From positions 37,669 to 101,668 of the IMG/VR virus record IMGVR_UViG_3300044981_000078: 64,000 nucleotides of DNA; one strand, given 5' to 3'. Positions 27,891-37,372 of the stretch are shown here, one piece after another. A program made the translations under genes and the position numbers. The notes beneath the pieces are model-generated. The model was not told the origin of the DNA and did not search any database. It was given only the letters and a program-made list of their open reading frames with translations. The stretch is from a virus. How positions within the stretch are numbered: the first letter of the stretch is position 1; each line of letters opens with the position of its first letter.

Positions 27891-28228
27891 CTACATCAAA
27901 GGTAATCGGTTACTTATTTCTAGGATTGTTGGTGATCTACGGTCTCGGCTTCTTAGCAACTGGCGGAGACCTAGTCATCTACAAGTTTTGGGCTCCGAAA
28001 CAGGCCGCAGCAGAGCGTCAGGTATTTGAACAGACCCCCAGCTATATCAAGGGACAGGTTCAAGAACTCGAAAATATGCAGTTGGAATATTCTCGAACTA
28101 CAGACCCCAACGCTAAGTCTGCAATAGCCGGAATTATCTTGCACCGCGCTTCTGGTTTTAACCTCAACGATCCGGACGTACCGCAGTCACTTCGGACGTT
28201 TATCAATCAACTAAGGGAGATACGATGA
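27887..28228 (+). CDS. membrane-anchored phage protein
   Basis: N-terminal TM helix; ERQVFEQTPSYIKG. Confidence 0.65.
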   Translation: MTTSKVIGYLFLGLLVIYGLGFLATGGDLVIYKFWAPKQAAAERQVFEQTPSYIKGQVQELENMQLEYSRTTDPNAKSAIAGIILHRASGFNLNDPDVPQSLRTFINQLREIR

Positions 28229-28740
28229 AATACATTAGCTTGGTTTTAGTTATGTTTTTCGGTTTGGCGGCGGTCGGATGCGATGACGTAAAAACATCCG
28301 ATGATGTGCAGCACGTCCAGCAAGAGCAACTGTTGAAGGAAGCTACCAGTGAAACTGGGATGCCCGCGATCAAGAACTTCCGCGAGCGTAAGTTGCTTAA
28401 GGACATCCTAGAACTCCGCGACCAAGACGGATTGTCTACTTACACCTACACGTTCGCTGAAAATAGCGGACAGTTACAATTCTTCTGCAACTCGATTGGC
28501 TACGGGATTCCGTACGCAACCGAATATACCAACCCACAACAGATCACATATCGAAACAACGGTGGAGCAGTGTCTTCGTGGCAGGTTATCGCTCAAGCCG
28601 ATCCGAACGGTCTGTTTGCTCCAACTGCTGCCGAAGGTACGTGGATCATGTGCTCTGATCCAATTGATAAGACCAAAGTGCGTCCGGTCTACATCGAACC
28701 ACGGGTAGTCGTAAGCCCATTCAAGCTCCAGGAAAAATAG
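28225..28740 (+). CDS. phage lipoprotein
   Basis: Lipobox AAVG-C; SIGYGIPYATEYTNP, QADPNGLF. Confidence 0.75.
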   Translation: MKYISLVLVMFFGLAAVGCDDVKTSDDVQHVQQEQLLKEATSETGMPAIKNFRERKLLKDILELRDQDGLSTYTYTFAENSGQLQFFCNSIGYGIPYATEYTNPQQITYRNNGGAVSSWQVIAQADPNGLFAPTAAEGTWIMCSDPIDKTKVRPVYIEPRVVVSPFKLQEK

Positions 28741-28741
28741 C

Positions 28742-28770
28742 TTGACACAAAAACAAATCAGTGATAGATT
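28742..28770 (+). promoter_or_regulatory. sigma70 promoter
   Basis: TTGACA-17 nt-(TGA)TAGATT. Confidence 0.65.
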
Positions 28771-28832
28771 GTAATTCCACACTGCACGGGCGGTAAGATA
28801 ATACCTGGCTTGCCGCCCGATAAAGAGGTAGA

Positions 28833-29204
28833 ATGTACTTTTGCGAAGACTGTAAGATTAAGAAGAACTGGCCGGAGTCTGCGGTCGTCATAGACGAGAA
28901 ATGCGAGCAGTGCGGAATACTAAAGAAGTGTTACGATGTTCCTGCAGTAATGCTTGTCCCGGAGAAAGATCGTACGTTTGAGCAGAAGATGGTCTTAAAG
29001 ATGTTGCAAGACGGCTTTCGTGATAAGGCCGAGAGCTTAGTAATTACGATGTTGGACGGCAGGGTCGATCACATATTGACATCCCAACTAAAAAAGTTAA
29101 TCGCTGTAAGAGGAACCGAAATAGATTGGTATTCAACTTTCCAGGTTCGGTTGAGGGCGCAAGAGGGTCATCGGGAATCAGAGCGGGTAAAGAGAGACAA
29201 ATAA
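28833..29204 (+). CDS. hypothetical Zn-finger protein
   Basis: CEDC...CEQCG..C; GAGG RBS. Confidence 0.55.
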   Translation: MYFCEDCKIKKNWPESAVVIDEKCEQCGILKKCYDVPAVMLVPEKDRTFEQKMVLKMLQDGFRDKAESLVITMLDGRVDHILTSQLKKLIAVRGTEIDWYSTFQVRLRAQEGHRESERVKRDK

Positions 29205-29206
29205 AA

Positions 29207-29626
29207 ATGGAAGAGCGAAGAATCTATGTTATTGTAGCGGCAACCATCCAGGTGCCAGTCGTCCCCAACAGCCACAAGCCGCCACTGCGGACTGTCGTCC
29301 AGCCCGCTGGTAGGCAGATCGCTCAGGCGGCGCATGTAGTCAGTCAAATTCGTCATACGCAGGAAATTAATCCATATCAAACAATATCTGATTTAGCGAT
29401 TAGAAAATTTCAACCTATCACAACTATAATTTTGCAGGCCCGCGACTCGGCAGAAATGACGCATGTTTATGCTCTACTTAATCGAAAGCGTTTGAAGCCA
29501 GAAATGTTTTCAGATGATAATCCGGAGTACGGTCCCGGGAGTTGGCCCACTGCGGTCGCTGTATTCGCAACATCTAAACAGGTGAAATACATCCTTGATT
29601 ACCTTCCTTTATGGAGTGCAAAATAG
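29207..29626 (+). CDS. PTH2-like peptidyl-tRNA hydrolase
   Basis: IYVIV...GRQIAQAAHV...TIILQA...PTAVA resembles the PTH2 family. Confidence 0.6.
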   Translation: MEERRIYVIVAATIQVPVVPNSHKPPLRTVVQPAGRQIAQAAHVVSQIRHTQEINPYQTISDLAIRKFQPITTIILQARDSAEMTHVYALLNRKRLKPEMFSDDNPEYGPGSWPTAVAVFATSKQVKYILDYLPLWSAK

Positions 29627-29955
29627 TGATAGCTCTATACATTATAGCTTATTTAGTTTTTTGTTTTAGCGGATGGCTAGCGACTGTTAAGTTTTTTATA
29701 ACTCCGCACGTCACTAGAAATTGTTTTGATACAGGTTACTATACAGAGGCGGGGCTGAATCTAAGTTGGTGTGATTGCGCTGCAATGGCGGTGCTTGCTC
29801 TTGTGCCGATAGCCAATATTTCAATGAACTTGTTTTGGCTTTGGGTGTGGCGTCAACATATTAAACGTAGACCGCTCATCAGATGGCCCGATTTCAAATT
29901 TCCGAAATATAGATTTCCAAAGTGCTCAATTGCTATTCGGGGCATAAAAACCTAA
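29611..29955 (+). CDS. membrane protein
   Basis: Two hydrophobic helices. Confidence 0.45.
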   Translation: MECKIVIALYIIAYLVFCFSGWLATVKFFITPHVTRNCFDTGYYTEAGLNLSWCDCAAMAVLALVPIANISMNLFWLWVWRQHIKRRPLIRWPDFKFPKYRFPKCSIAIRGIKT

Positions 29956-30350
29956 TGAGAAAACTAGTACTACTCTTAATTATTTTTTCCAGTTTGTTCT
30001 TCGTAAAGCCAATATTATCCGATGCACCGGACTGGCTTGAGCCGTGGTATCTCGGGTACAATGTAAAATACTTTAATAACGAGCTACCGACAACAAAGAT
30101 TTTTATCGATCACGAACTGAAAGACGACGCTGTGATGGCTGTAACAAACTTCATCGGTGATACTGTCTATATTCGCTTTAATAAGCGGTATGAGCCGTCC
30201 GGTGGTCAGGCTCGCATGACCCTACTTCATGAGCAGTGTCACATTTATCTCAAAATAAATAATGATTTTGAGCTTGACAACCACGGCATAAAATGGCAAG
30301 CTTGTATGCATAAGTTGGCTAATCAAGGAGCATTCGAAGATGTGTGGTAG
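29955..30350 (+). CDS. SprT-like zinc metalloprotease with signal/anchor
   Basis: YNVKYFNNELP, TLLHEQCH, HGIKW. Confidence 0.75.
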   Translation: MRKLVLLLIIFSSLFFVKPILSDAPDWLEPWYLGYNVKYFNNELPTTKIFIDHELKDDAVMAVTNFIGDTVYIRFNKRYEPSGGQARMTLLHEQCHIYLKINNDFELDNHGIKWQACMHKLANQGAFEDVW

Positions 30351-30361
30351 CCGGAGGCTGA

Positions 30362-30928
30362 ATGAGCGCATTTAAAAATGGAGTCAAGGCAACAGTTATC
30401 TTAGTTTCAATTATGCTGTGCGGTCTATTCATTATGTTTACTATGACTAGACAGACTCCGACTATTGCGTCGGTTCAACCGGAGCTACATACCCCGGAGT
30501 TTCAGAGAGCTTTCTTTTTAGCCGCAGAGGTTTACGGAAAGGCCGGATGCGGAGATCAGGGACTGGCTGAGATGACTGCCAGACACTCAATTCGTACCGG
30601 ACTTCCTCCGCAACTGATCGCGGCCCAGGCATCGACAGAGTCTACATGTAATCCGCTTGCGGTGTCTAATCGCGGAGCGGTCGGGCTCATGCAGATCGTT
30701 CCAAAGACATTCGGTAAGCAGTATGATTTTTCAAAGATCAACCTATTTAATCCGGAAGACAACATGCGGGTCGGAACAGACATTCTTACACAGCTTGTTA
30801 AAGACCACGGGATTAAAGGTGGATTGTACCGCTATTACGGAACCGGCGCAGACCCCATTGGACTGGGCGGCTCCGGATACGCGGACAAGGTACTTCAATT
30901 ATCGGGAAAGACGGAGGTAAGTCGATGA
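30362..30928 (+). CDS. lytic transglycosylase (SLT) with N-terminal anchor
   Basis: TES, NPLAVS..GAVGLMQIVP, NMRVG, YY. Confidence 0.88.
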   Translation: MSAFKNGVKATVILVSIMLCGLFIMFTMTRQTPTIASVQPELHTPEFQRAFFLAAEVYGKAGCGDQGLAEMTARHSIRTGLPPQLIAAQASTESTCNPLAVSNRGAVGLMQIVPKTFGKQYDFSKINLFNPEDNMRVGTDILTQLVKDHGIKGGLYRYYGTGADPIGLGGSGYADKVLQLSGKTEVSR

Positions 30929-31533
30929 TACCAACTGAGAAAGACCGGCAGTTCGCCGAGCGCATCTACATCGGATGTGCCAGACTTCGTGCGGACTTAA
31001 CGAAAAACAGGTATCCAAGGCAAGAGCAGCTTGATTTGATCGCCAAACTCCTCGCCGAATCACGCGCCGGGACGACAGGCAGGACCAGTACACCGGGGGA
31101 ATTCGCGGCGGAACTCGTAAACGACTGGATGCACGAATTTGATTCAGAGCGCATCATCGCTCGAATCGCCGCTCGAGACGCCGAACTCGCGCCCAAGCCG
31201 GTGACAGGGCAGACGTTTGAAGAGTGGATGCAAACGCAAAGCTTCAGTTACGAAACCAGCGGCAATGGTATGCGAGGGGCTTGGAACGCCGCCCTTGCGA
31301 CCCAGAACGCCAGCATCGAGAAATTGAGGGGCCAAAATCGCGGATTGATAATGCAACTGGGCACACTAGATTTATTGAACGCCCGCATCGAGGCTGCAGT
31401 GGACTTAGCTAAATCGTGGCAAGAAACTGGTAAGGTACGCAGTCTTGCAACCGATTGGCCCGCGCTCGGAGCGCAGTGTCTAGCCCATGCCGATGCTATT
31501 CTCCGCGCTCTCGGAAGGAAGGTCGAGCCATGA
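30925..31533 (+). CDS. hypothetical mosaic phage protein
   Basis: Coupled ORF, GGAGG RBS. Confidence 0.55.
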   Translation: MIPTEKDRQFAERIYIGCARLRADLTKNRYPRQEQLDLIAKLLAESRAGTTGRTSTPGEFAAELVNDWMHEFDSERIIARIAARDAELAPKPVTGQTFEEWMQTQSFSYETSGNGMRGAWNAALATQNASIEKLRGQNRGLIMQLGTLDLLNARIEAAVDLAKSWQETGKVRSLATDWPALGAQCLAHADAILRALGRKVEP

Positions 31534-32519
31534 GATTGACACCGGAACAAATAGAGCGATGTAAGGAAGAGTTTTCTGAGAGTGGTTGGACGGTGAATGA
31601 CCTCATCGACACCATTGACGCCCTCACCGCCGAACGCGATAAGGCACGTGGAATACAGGCTGAAAAAGGCCCCAACGCGGATATAGCTCGTGGGCGATCT
31701 GCCTACCGCGACATTCTTGATTATCTTCAGGATTTTCGGAAGATGTCGAAGCGGGAGTTTTGCGAGACTCATGGCGAGGATGTATGGATAGCCTTCGCGG
31801 ACTTCGGAGATGTAGCTCGCGGGCAGGCGCTGCAGATCGCGGGTGAAATAGTAAGGAACGAATTGAAGCTATGGCCGCCGCTAGCAGAAAGTGTGCGGGC
31901 CATCCAGCGGGCTGAGGAGCACGACAAGCAGGTTGCAGCCGCGACGTTCGACCAGTTCGCCGACATCGCGCTCTCGGTCTACGGGATTCCGGCTGGCAAG
32001 CACACGCCTGAGTCATTGCTGGCGGCGGTTGCAGCCGAGGCGCGGCGGGATGAACGCAATGAGATAAAGTCGTTTTGCGATATTCCAAATCCACACTTTT
32101 ACTCCGATTATATGAGCGGAGCACAATGGGTGCGAGACAAAATTATCGAGCGGGCCAATCGTCTCGCCGCCCTTCCCGCGTCAGGGCAAGCGCAGCAACA
32201 GGCAAGTGTGTCGTCGATTTGTCAAATACATAATCAACCGATGGTGCTTACCTTTTATGACCGTCCTGGAAGTCCGCCAGGAAACACTTGGGTGTGCCAA
32301 ACGTGCGTTGCGATTAGACGAGCAGGGCATCGAATTGATGCATTAGAGGCAGTTATGAATTCACAAGATGTAGCCGACGTTGACGCTAACATAAGGAAAA
32401 CCGACAATCTCGGCGGGTATCCAGATCGTTGTGTGCATAGTCGTTCGCTAGATGTTTCTTGCGCATCGTGTGAACGATACGGAAAGTTGAGGTATATAAT
32501 TTCTAAAAATAGTGCTTGA
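31530..32519 (+). CDS. hypothetical mosaic phage protein
   Basis: Long ORF with ATGA coupling and Zn-finger-like segments. Confidence 0.55.
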   Translation: MRLTPEQIERCKEEFSESGWTVNDLIDTIDALTAERDKARGIQAEKGPNADIARGRSAYRDILDYLQDFRKMSKREFCETHGEDVWIAFADFGDVARGQALQIAGEIVRNELKLWPPLAESVRAIQRAEEHDKQVAAATFDQFADIALSVYGIPAGKHTPESLLAAVAAEARRDERNEIKSFCDIPNPHFYSDYMSGAQWVRDKIIERANRLAALPASGQAQQQASVSSICQIHNQPMVLTFYDRPGSPPGNTWVCQTCVAIRRAGHRIDALEAVMNSQDVADVDANIRKTDNLGGYPDRCVHSRSLDVSCASCERYGKLRYIISKNSA

Positions 32520-32569
32520 CATCCTGGGGATAATACGCTATCCTACCTGGGATAACTATAGATTATCCC
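32516..32569 (+). promoter_or_regulatory. sigma70 promoter with GGGATAA repeats (operator or att-like)
   Basis: TTGACA-17 nt-TATCCT; GGGATAA at 32527 and 32549, TTATCCC at 32563. Confidence 0.55.
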
Positions 32570-32581
32570 TGCGAGGACATT

Positions 32582-32869
32582 ATGAAGCCAATGGAAAAAA
32601 TGTGTGATAGTTGCCCCTTCGGTCATACGGAGGAACAAGAGCACATGCGTAAATCGCTTCAACGCGGCAGGTTCAATGAGATTTGCCAGTCTGTGTTTCA
32701 GGGCTACGTATTCGCGTGCCACAAAACAACGACTCATGATGATGACGACGGTGAGTGGGTTCCGACTGAAAGAGATCGGGAGTGCGCCGGGGCAATATTG
32801 TTTCGAGAGGCCGCTATCGCTAACCGAGAAGAAGCCGAACGACGGGCGCGGAAAGTGCCCAAGTCATGA
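32582..32869 (+). CDS. Cys-rich phage protein (DUF6283-like)
   Basis: CDSCPF...FACHKT...ECAGA. Confidence 0.6.
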   Translation: MKPMEKMCDSCPFGHTEEQEHMRKSLQRGRFNEICQSVFQGYVFACHKTTTHDDDDGEWVPTERDRECAGAILFREAAIANREEAERRARKVPKS

Positions 32870-33789
32870 AGATCACATTCGAGTCCCAAGCCCGCAAGTT
32901 TTTAGCTGACGGCGCTACCCGGAAGCGTAACCCGCTTCGACCGGCGACTCTACGGACCTACAAGTCCCAGATTGAAACCCATCTTATCCCCCTTATTGGT
33001 AGAATGGGGCTCAATCTCGTTGGAAACAAAGTACTTAGTGATGTTGTGACCAAACTAAGCGAGCAGGGGCTATCCCCGCGCACAATCACTCTTAACATCA
33101 CTATTATCAAGAAGATACGGAAGAGTGCGATCACCGAAAATGGGGACCAGATGTTCCCGTATGAATGGAACACCGAGGTAATCGACGCGCCGTCTGTACA
33201 GGACGATAAAAAGGCCACAGTTAGCGCCCAGGCGGTCCAGGACGCAATTTCTAAGGCCGAACCGTCCCAGAAGGCTCTGTATGCGTTATTGGCCGGTACG
33301 GGACTCCGTATCGCGGAAGCCCGGGCCATTAAGCTCGTCCCCGACGACGGGGTCAGCACGGTTTGGCTCCCCAAGGAATCGAAGATAATCATACGCCAGC
33401 AGATGACCCGGACTGGGCTTGCAGCTACTAAGACCTCGGCGGGGGTTCGCGAAGTTGACCTTGCACCGGAGTTGAACGAATTCTTGGGCGCTCCTGTCGC
33501 TGATAAACTCGGGCTTTCGAAAGACTTCCTGCTGTTTTCAGACTGCGAAAACTGTTACCGCACTCACTTGGAGAAGGACGGGATTGCCGGTGGCTTCCAT
33601 GCGTTCCGGCGGTTCCGGGTGACCCACCTAAAGCTTCAGGGTGTCCCGGACGCGATCATCAAGTTTTGGATCGGTCACGCTGCTGGAAACATCACCGAGG
33701 TCTATACCCAGGTCGGCGGCGAGATTCAGTCGCGCAAGGATTGGGCGGCTAAGGCTGGACTAGGGTTCAAACTATCGGAGGTCTCGTGA
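32866..33789 (+). CDS. tyrosine recombinase/integrase
   Basis: TGLRIAE (R), TKT (K), FHAFRR (HxxR), IGH, VY. Confidence 0.9.
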   Translation: MKITFESQARKFLADGATRKRNPLRPATLRTYKSQIETHLIPLIGRMGLNLVGNKVLSDVVTKLSEQGLSPRTITLNITIIKKIRKSAITENGDQMFPYEWNTEVIDAPSVQDDKKATVSAQAVQDAISKAEPSQKALYALLAGTGLRIAEARAIKLVPDDGVSTVWLPKESKIIIRQQMTRTGLAATKTSAGVREVDLAPELNEFLGAPVADKLGLSKDFLLFSDCENCYRTHLEKDGIAGGFHAFRRFRVTHLKLQGVPDAIIKFWIGHAAGNITEVYTQVGGEIQSRKDWAAKAGLGFKLSEVS

Positions 33790-33905
33790 AATTTATAATT
33801 CTAGTTCTAACTATTTCTAGCTTGCTCACGCTTTGCGGGTGCCCGGATAACGATGATCATCATCCCGGGTCCGGGCGATCTTGCGTGCAGAGGAAACACA
33901 AATGA
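33786..33905 (+). CDS. 39-aa putative lipoprotein (below the ORF-track cutoff)
   Basis: GTGA-coupled to the integrase, GGAGG RBS; MKFIILVLTISSLLTLCG-C. Confidence 0.45.
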   Translation: MKFIILVLTISSLLTLCGCPDNDDHHPGSGRSCVQRKHK

Positions 33906-34183
33906 GATATCAGCCGATATATTTCAGACGCACGGATACTGTAATCCCTCCTCGACCAATAAGACCGGGTGAAATAATTCCTATTGAAGATATAAACGAC
34001 GCATTTAATTTTCTTGAGCTTCGCATAGTCCCGGACCCGGATCACCAATCATCGCTCGACTACTTGAAGGGCGTATGAGCTTTTTATGGCACTGGCTTAG
34101 ACATCGAATAGGATTTTGCGCCCGGTGGTGCGCGTTCTGCCTGGTTCGAGAGCACTATGAAATATTCCACGGAGAAAACAGAC

Positions 34184-34212
34184 TTGACACTGACTCTCGA
34201 ACTTGATATAAG
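34184..34212 (+). promoter_or_regulatory. sigma70 promoter
   Basis: TTGACA-17 nt-(TGA)TATAAG; ATG 8 nt downstream. Confidence 0.65.
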
Positions 34213-34220
34213 GGATTGAG

Positions 34221-34448
34221 ATGAATCCAACATGGAAGGAAAGACTGACTGAAGCCGGATTCAAGTTTGACGGTCACTCGACCAACGGTTCAGCGCAGGA
34301 GCAGGAGAAAGTTATCGATCAGATGTTGGATGAATTTATTATTCGATTGCGTTTGATCGGTTCGCAGTGCGAGGCCGGGGGGCACAAGTCCAGGGCTCGT
34401 ATGTTTCGGGCCTTGGCAAAATCATTCGAAGCGAGGTATAGACTGTGA
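34221..34448 (+). CDS. hypothetical protein
   Basis: ORF directly after the promoter. Confidence 0.5.
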   Translation: MNPTWKERLTEAGFKFDGHSTNGSAQEQEKVIDQMLDEFIIRLRLIGSQCEAGGHKSRARMFRALAKSFEARYRL

Positions 34449-34627
34449 CACTACTTAAACTGTTAGGAATTGTTGCTCTACTTGGGTTAATCGGCTCATA
34501 TTTCTTAATTCGTGAGGCGCAACGCGAGGATGAAACTTTTCTACAACAAAACCACTGTGTTTTGAAAAAGGACGTATTTGGGTTTAAGACTTATATTTGC
34601 GACGGTGGAATGGAGGTCGTACGATGA
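34445..34627 (+). CDS. small membrane protein
   Basis: N-terminal TM helix; coupled ORF. Confidence 0.5.
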   Translation: MTLLKLLGIVALLGLIGSYFLIREAQREDETFLQQNHCVLKKDVFGFKTYICDGGMEVVR

Positions 34628-35007
34628 TTCCACAAAACACTGATGAAAAGCCGTTCTTCGAGTTAACCGCGCAATTGACATGTGGGGCGCTCATTAAATT
34701 TCTCCAACCCGAACGGGATATGAATATCACGGTCACCCTGACCCCACCACCCGGAGTACCGATCTCAGATGTAGCGGACATCAAAAACGATAAGTTGACT
34801 GTCCGTTCTACTGTTGATAGTATGGTCGGTGTCTATCAGGTCTTGAAGCACATGGCTCACGATAGTCACAACACACAGAAGTTCCCGTGGCTTATCTTTA
34901 GCCTAGGGGCAGCCTTAATGTTTTTAACCGGGAACATAGCTCACTATGTTATCGGTGGTATTCTAATCATGTACTCAGTGGTTAAATTAAAAGCGAAAGA
35001 GGCATAA
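34624..35007 (+). CDS. membrane protein (two C-terminal TM helices)
   Basis: Hydrophobic C-terminus; GGAGG RBS. Confidence 0.5.
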   Translation: MIPQNTDEKPFFELTAQLTCGALIKFLQPERDMNITVTLTPPPGVPISDVADIKNDKLTVRSTVDSMVGVYQVLKHMAHDSHNTQKFPWLIFSLGAALMFLTGNIAHYVIGGILIMYSVVKLKAKEA

Positions 35008-35008
35008 C

Positions 35009-35404
35009 ATGCAGCTAAATATCAGGACCCCAAAGAAGCAACTATTTTCAAGTGGCAAGGTGTTCTATGTACCGTCGAAGTCAGGCGGAGAAGAGCACAT
35101 TGTCGTCCAGGTTGACGGTCGGCTATTCTGTGACTGCAAAGACTTCATGACCAGGAAATTACCGTTACTCGGGACCAGCGGTTTCTCGCACTGCACACAC
35201 GGTAAGCAGGTCGCCACACTCAGCATGGGCACAGATTCGACTACGGTACAACACATATCGAAAAGATATGGGGTGTTCACTCCTGCCGGATATCGGTCAC
35301 ACGATCTACCGAATGATTATCCGTCGCTCGCATTAGCTAAGAGCGCAATTCGGGCTCACGAACGCCTAAACGGCAAGGTTGGGCGGGTCGCCCGTGCTCT
35401 CTAA
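35009..35404 (+). CDS. SWIM zinc-finger protein
   Basis: CDCKDF...HCTH. Confidence 0.7.
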   Translation: MQLNIRTPKKQLFSSGKVFYVPSKSGGEEHIVVQVDGRLFCDCKDFMTRKLPLLGTSGFSHCTHGKQVATLSMGTDSTTVQHISKRYGVFTPAGYRSHDLPNDYPSLALAKSAIRAHERLNGKVGRVARAL

Positions 35405-35482
35405 GCGGATCGCGGTCGGCTTCGGGTTCATTGTTATCATGTTTCTAATTTTGTTAGCGCAAGCGATCTATCGAGGGAGACT

Positions 35483-35674
35483 ATGATAAATCCTGATTCG
35501 ATCAAGATTGTCGGCACAGAAAACACGATGAAATACATCGTTCAATATTACGATGACGGGCCCCGCGAACTAATTATTCATTGGACGGTGGCTAAGATTA
35601 TTAGTGCGGCGGTCGAACAGGGACGCGGGCAGGTTCAATCGGAAGTTAAGAAAGCACTAGATATACTGAGGTAA
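35483..35674 (+). CDS. hypothetical protein
   Basis: GGGAG RBS. Confidence 0.45.
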   Translation: MINPDSIKIVGTENTMKYIVQYYDDGPRELIIHWTVAKIISAAVEQGRGQVQSEVKKALDILR

Positions 35675-35676
35675 CC

Positions 35677-35946
35677 ATGCTAATGAAACGAGATCGTGTT
35701 TTAATTAACGCTGAAGTTGAGGAAGAAGTCAACGGCGGATATCTGGTGAGTATCTGGACTGTCAATGGAAAGCGATCTTTTCCAATCGAACGAGAAGAGA
35801 TACAGTTTCAATTTTTGCGAGCGGTAACACCGGTTGACGAGCACGGACCGGCTATCGAACATCACCCTATTGCAGTGATTCGAGAGATGCGTGAAGAATA
35901 CGAGCCGAACACGGAGGAAAACTTTGAACCCTATATTCCTGATTGA
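35677..35946 (+). CDS. hypothetical protein
   Basis: GAGG RBS. Confidence 0.45.
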   Translation: MLMKRDRVLINAEVEEEVNGGYLVSIWTVNGKRSFPIEREEIQFQFLRAVTPVDEHGPAIEHHPIAVIREMREEYEPNTEENFEPYIPD

Positions 35947-37372
35947 TTTCTATAAGGTCGGGCATGTTATCCAATACGCGCCCGGTACGAAACAGGTCTG
36001 GTCAAACTGGACCGCACGAAGCTCCAGGACCGGTCGGAAGTCGGTCGTCTTCTTTGGGCTACAATATTTTCTCAAGAAATATTTGATCGAGGAATTTGAA
36101 GACAACTTCTTCAGTCGTCCGATTCAAGAGATTCTTGCAGAGTACCGAGTCTTTATCGAGGCGACCCTTGGAGTCAAGAATCCAAAGATCGATCATATCG
36201 AATACTTACATTCGCTCGGCTATCTGCCACTCGACTTCTATGCGTTACCGGAGGGGGTCACAGTTCCGATCCGTGTGCCGTCAGTTGTTGTCACCAATAC
36301 CGACGATAACTGCTTCTGGCTGCCAAACTATATTGAGTCGATCATGTCTGCGATCTTGTGGAAACCGAGCACCAGCGCGACGACCGCTCAGGAATATAGA
36401 AATTTATTTTTAAAACACGCCAGACGGTCCGGCGAGATTGACTTCGAGTTTGTCAATTACCAGGGGCACGATTTCTCGATGCGCGGTATGTCCGGTATCG
36501 AGGATATTATTCTATCCGGAATGGGCCATCTGACCAGCTTCAACGGCACCGATACAGTTCCAGCGATTGTCGCGGCGCACAAGTATTATGGAGCGGACTA
36601 CTCAATCGGCGGATCGGTGCCCGCGACAGAGCACTCGGTGATGTGCAGCTACGGACAGGAAGACGAGTTTGAGACCTTCCGTCATCTGATCGAGGATATC
36701 TATCCGACCGGTATAGTCAGTATTGTTTCGGATACCTGGGACCTCTGGAAAGTACTTACGGATTATATTCCCAAGCTCAAAGATAAGATTCTAGCCAGAA
36801 ATGGAAAGATTGTGATTCGCCCTGATTCCGGAGACCCTGTAAAAATTATTTGTGGATACGATCCGTACTTTGGGGATTCTCCAGAAATTAAAGGGACATT
36901 GCGACTGCTTGCCGAAGCCCTAGGCACAACCCCAGGACCCAGCCTGCCATACATCAATAAGGGAGGGGCGATCTATGGTGACGCTATTACTCTTGAACGT
37001 GCCGATCAAATTCTTACTCGTATCATTGATGAACTTCATCTATCTCCATACAATATGGTGTTTGGCATTGGCTCCTACACTTATGAATTTGTGACTCGGG
37101 ATACCTACGGGCACGCGATGAAGGCCACGGCAATTAGAAACAAAGACGGAGTTAAACCTATCTTCAAGGACCCAAAGACCGACGACGGTGTAAAGAAGTC
37201 ACTCAAGGGCATCCCGGCGGTCTATCTGTGCCCGGACACCAACGAGTACTTCGCGGTAGACCAGATGCCTCCGTCTGCACTGGACGGGTGTGCGTTTCAT
37301 AAGGTATTCTCCAACGGTAGGTTGTTGATCGATCAAACTTTCGATGAAATAAGAAAGAGGGTGCGTGAATGA
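35924..37372 (+). CDS. nicotinamide phosphoribosyltransferase-like (Namat of NARP1)
   Basis: DFYKVGH, HDFSMRG, GTDT, SVPATEHSVMC, VSDTWD, IRPDSGDP, YGDAIT, KDPKTD. Confidence 0.92.
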   Translation: MNPIFLIDFYKVGHVIQYAPGTKQVWSNWTARSSRTGRKSVVFFGLQYFLKKYLIEEFEDNFFSRPIQEILAEYRVFIEATLGVKNPKIDHIEYLHSLGYLPLDFYALPEGVTVPIRVPSVVVTNTDDNCFWLPNYIESIMSAILWKPSTSATTAQEYRNLFLKHARRSGEIDFEFVNYQGHDFSMRGMSGIEDIILSGMGHLTSFNGTDTVPAIVAAHKYYGADYSIGGSVPATEHSVMCSYGQEDEFETFRHLIEDIYPTGIVSIVSDTWDLWKVLTDYIPKLKDKILARNGKIVIRPDSGDPVKIICGYDPYFGDSPEIKGTLRLLAEALGTTPGPSLPYINKGGAIYGDAITLERADQILTRIIDELHLSPYNMVFGIGSYTYEFVTRDTYGHAMKATAIRNKDGVKPIFKDPKTDDGVKKSLKGIPAVYLCPDTNEYFAVDQMPPSALDGCAFHKVFSNGRLLIDQTFDEIRKRVRE

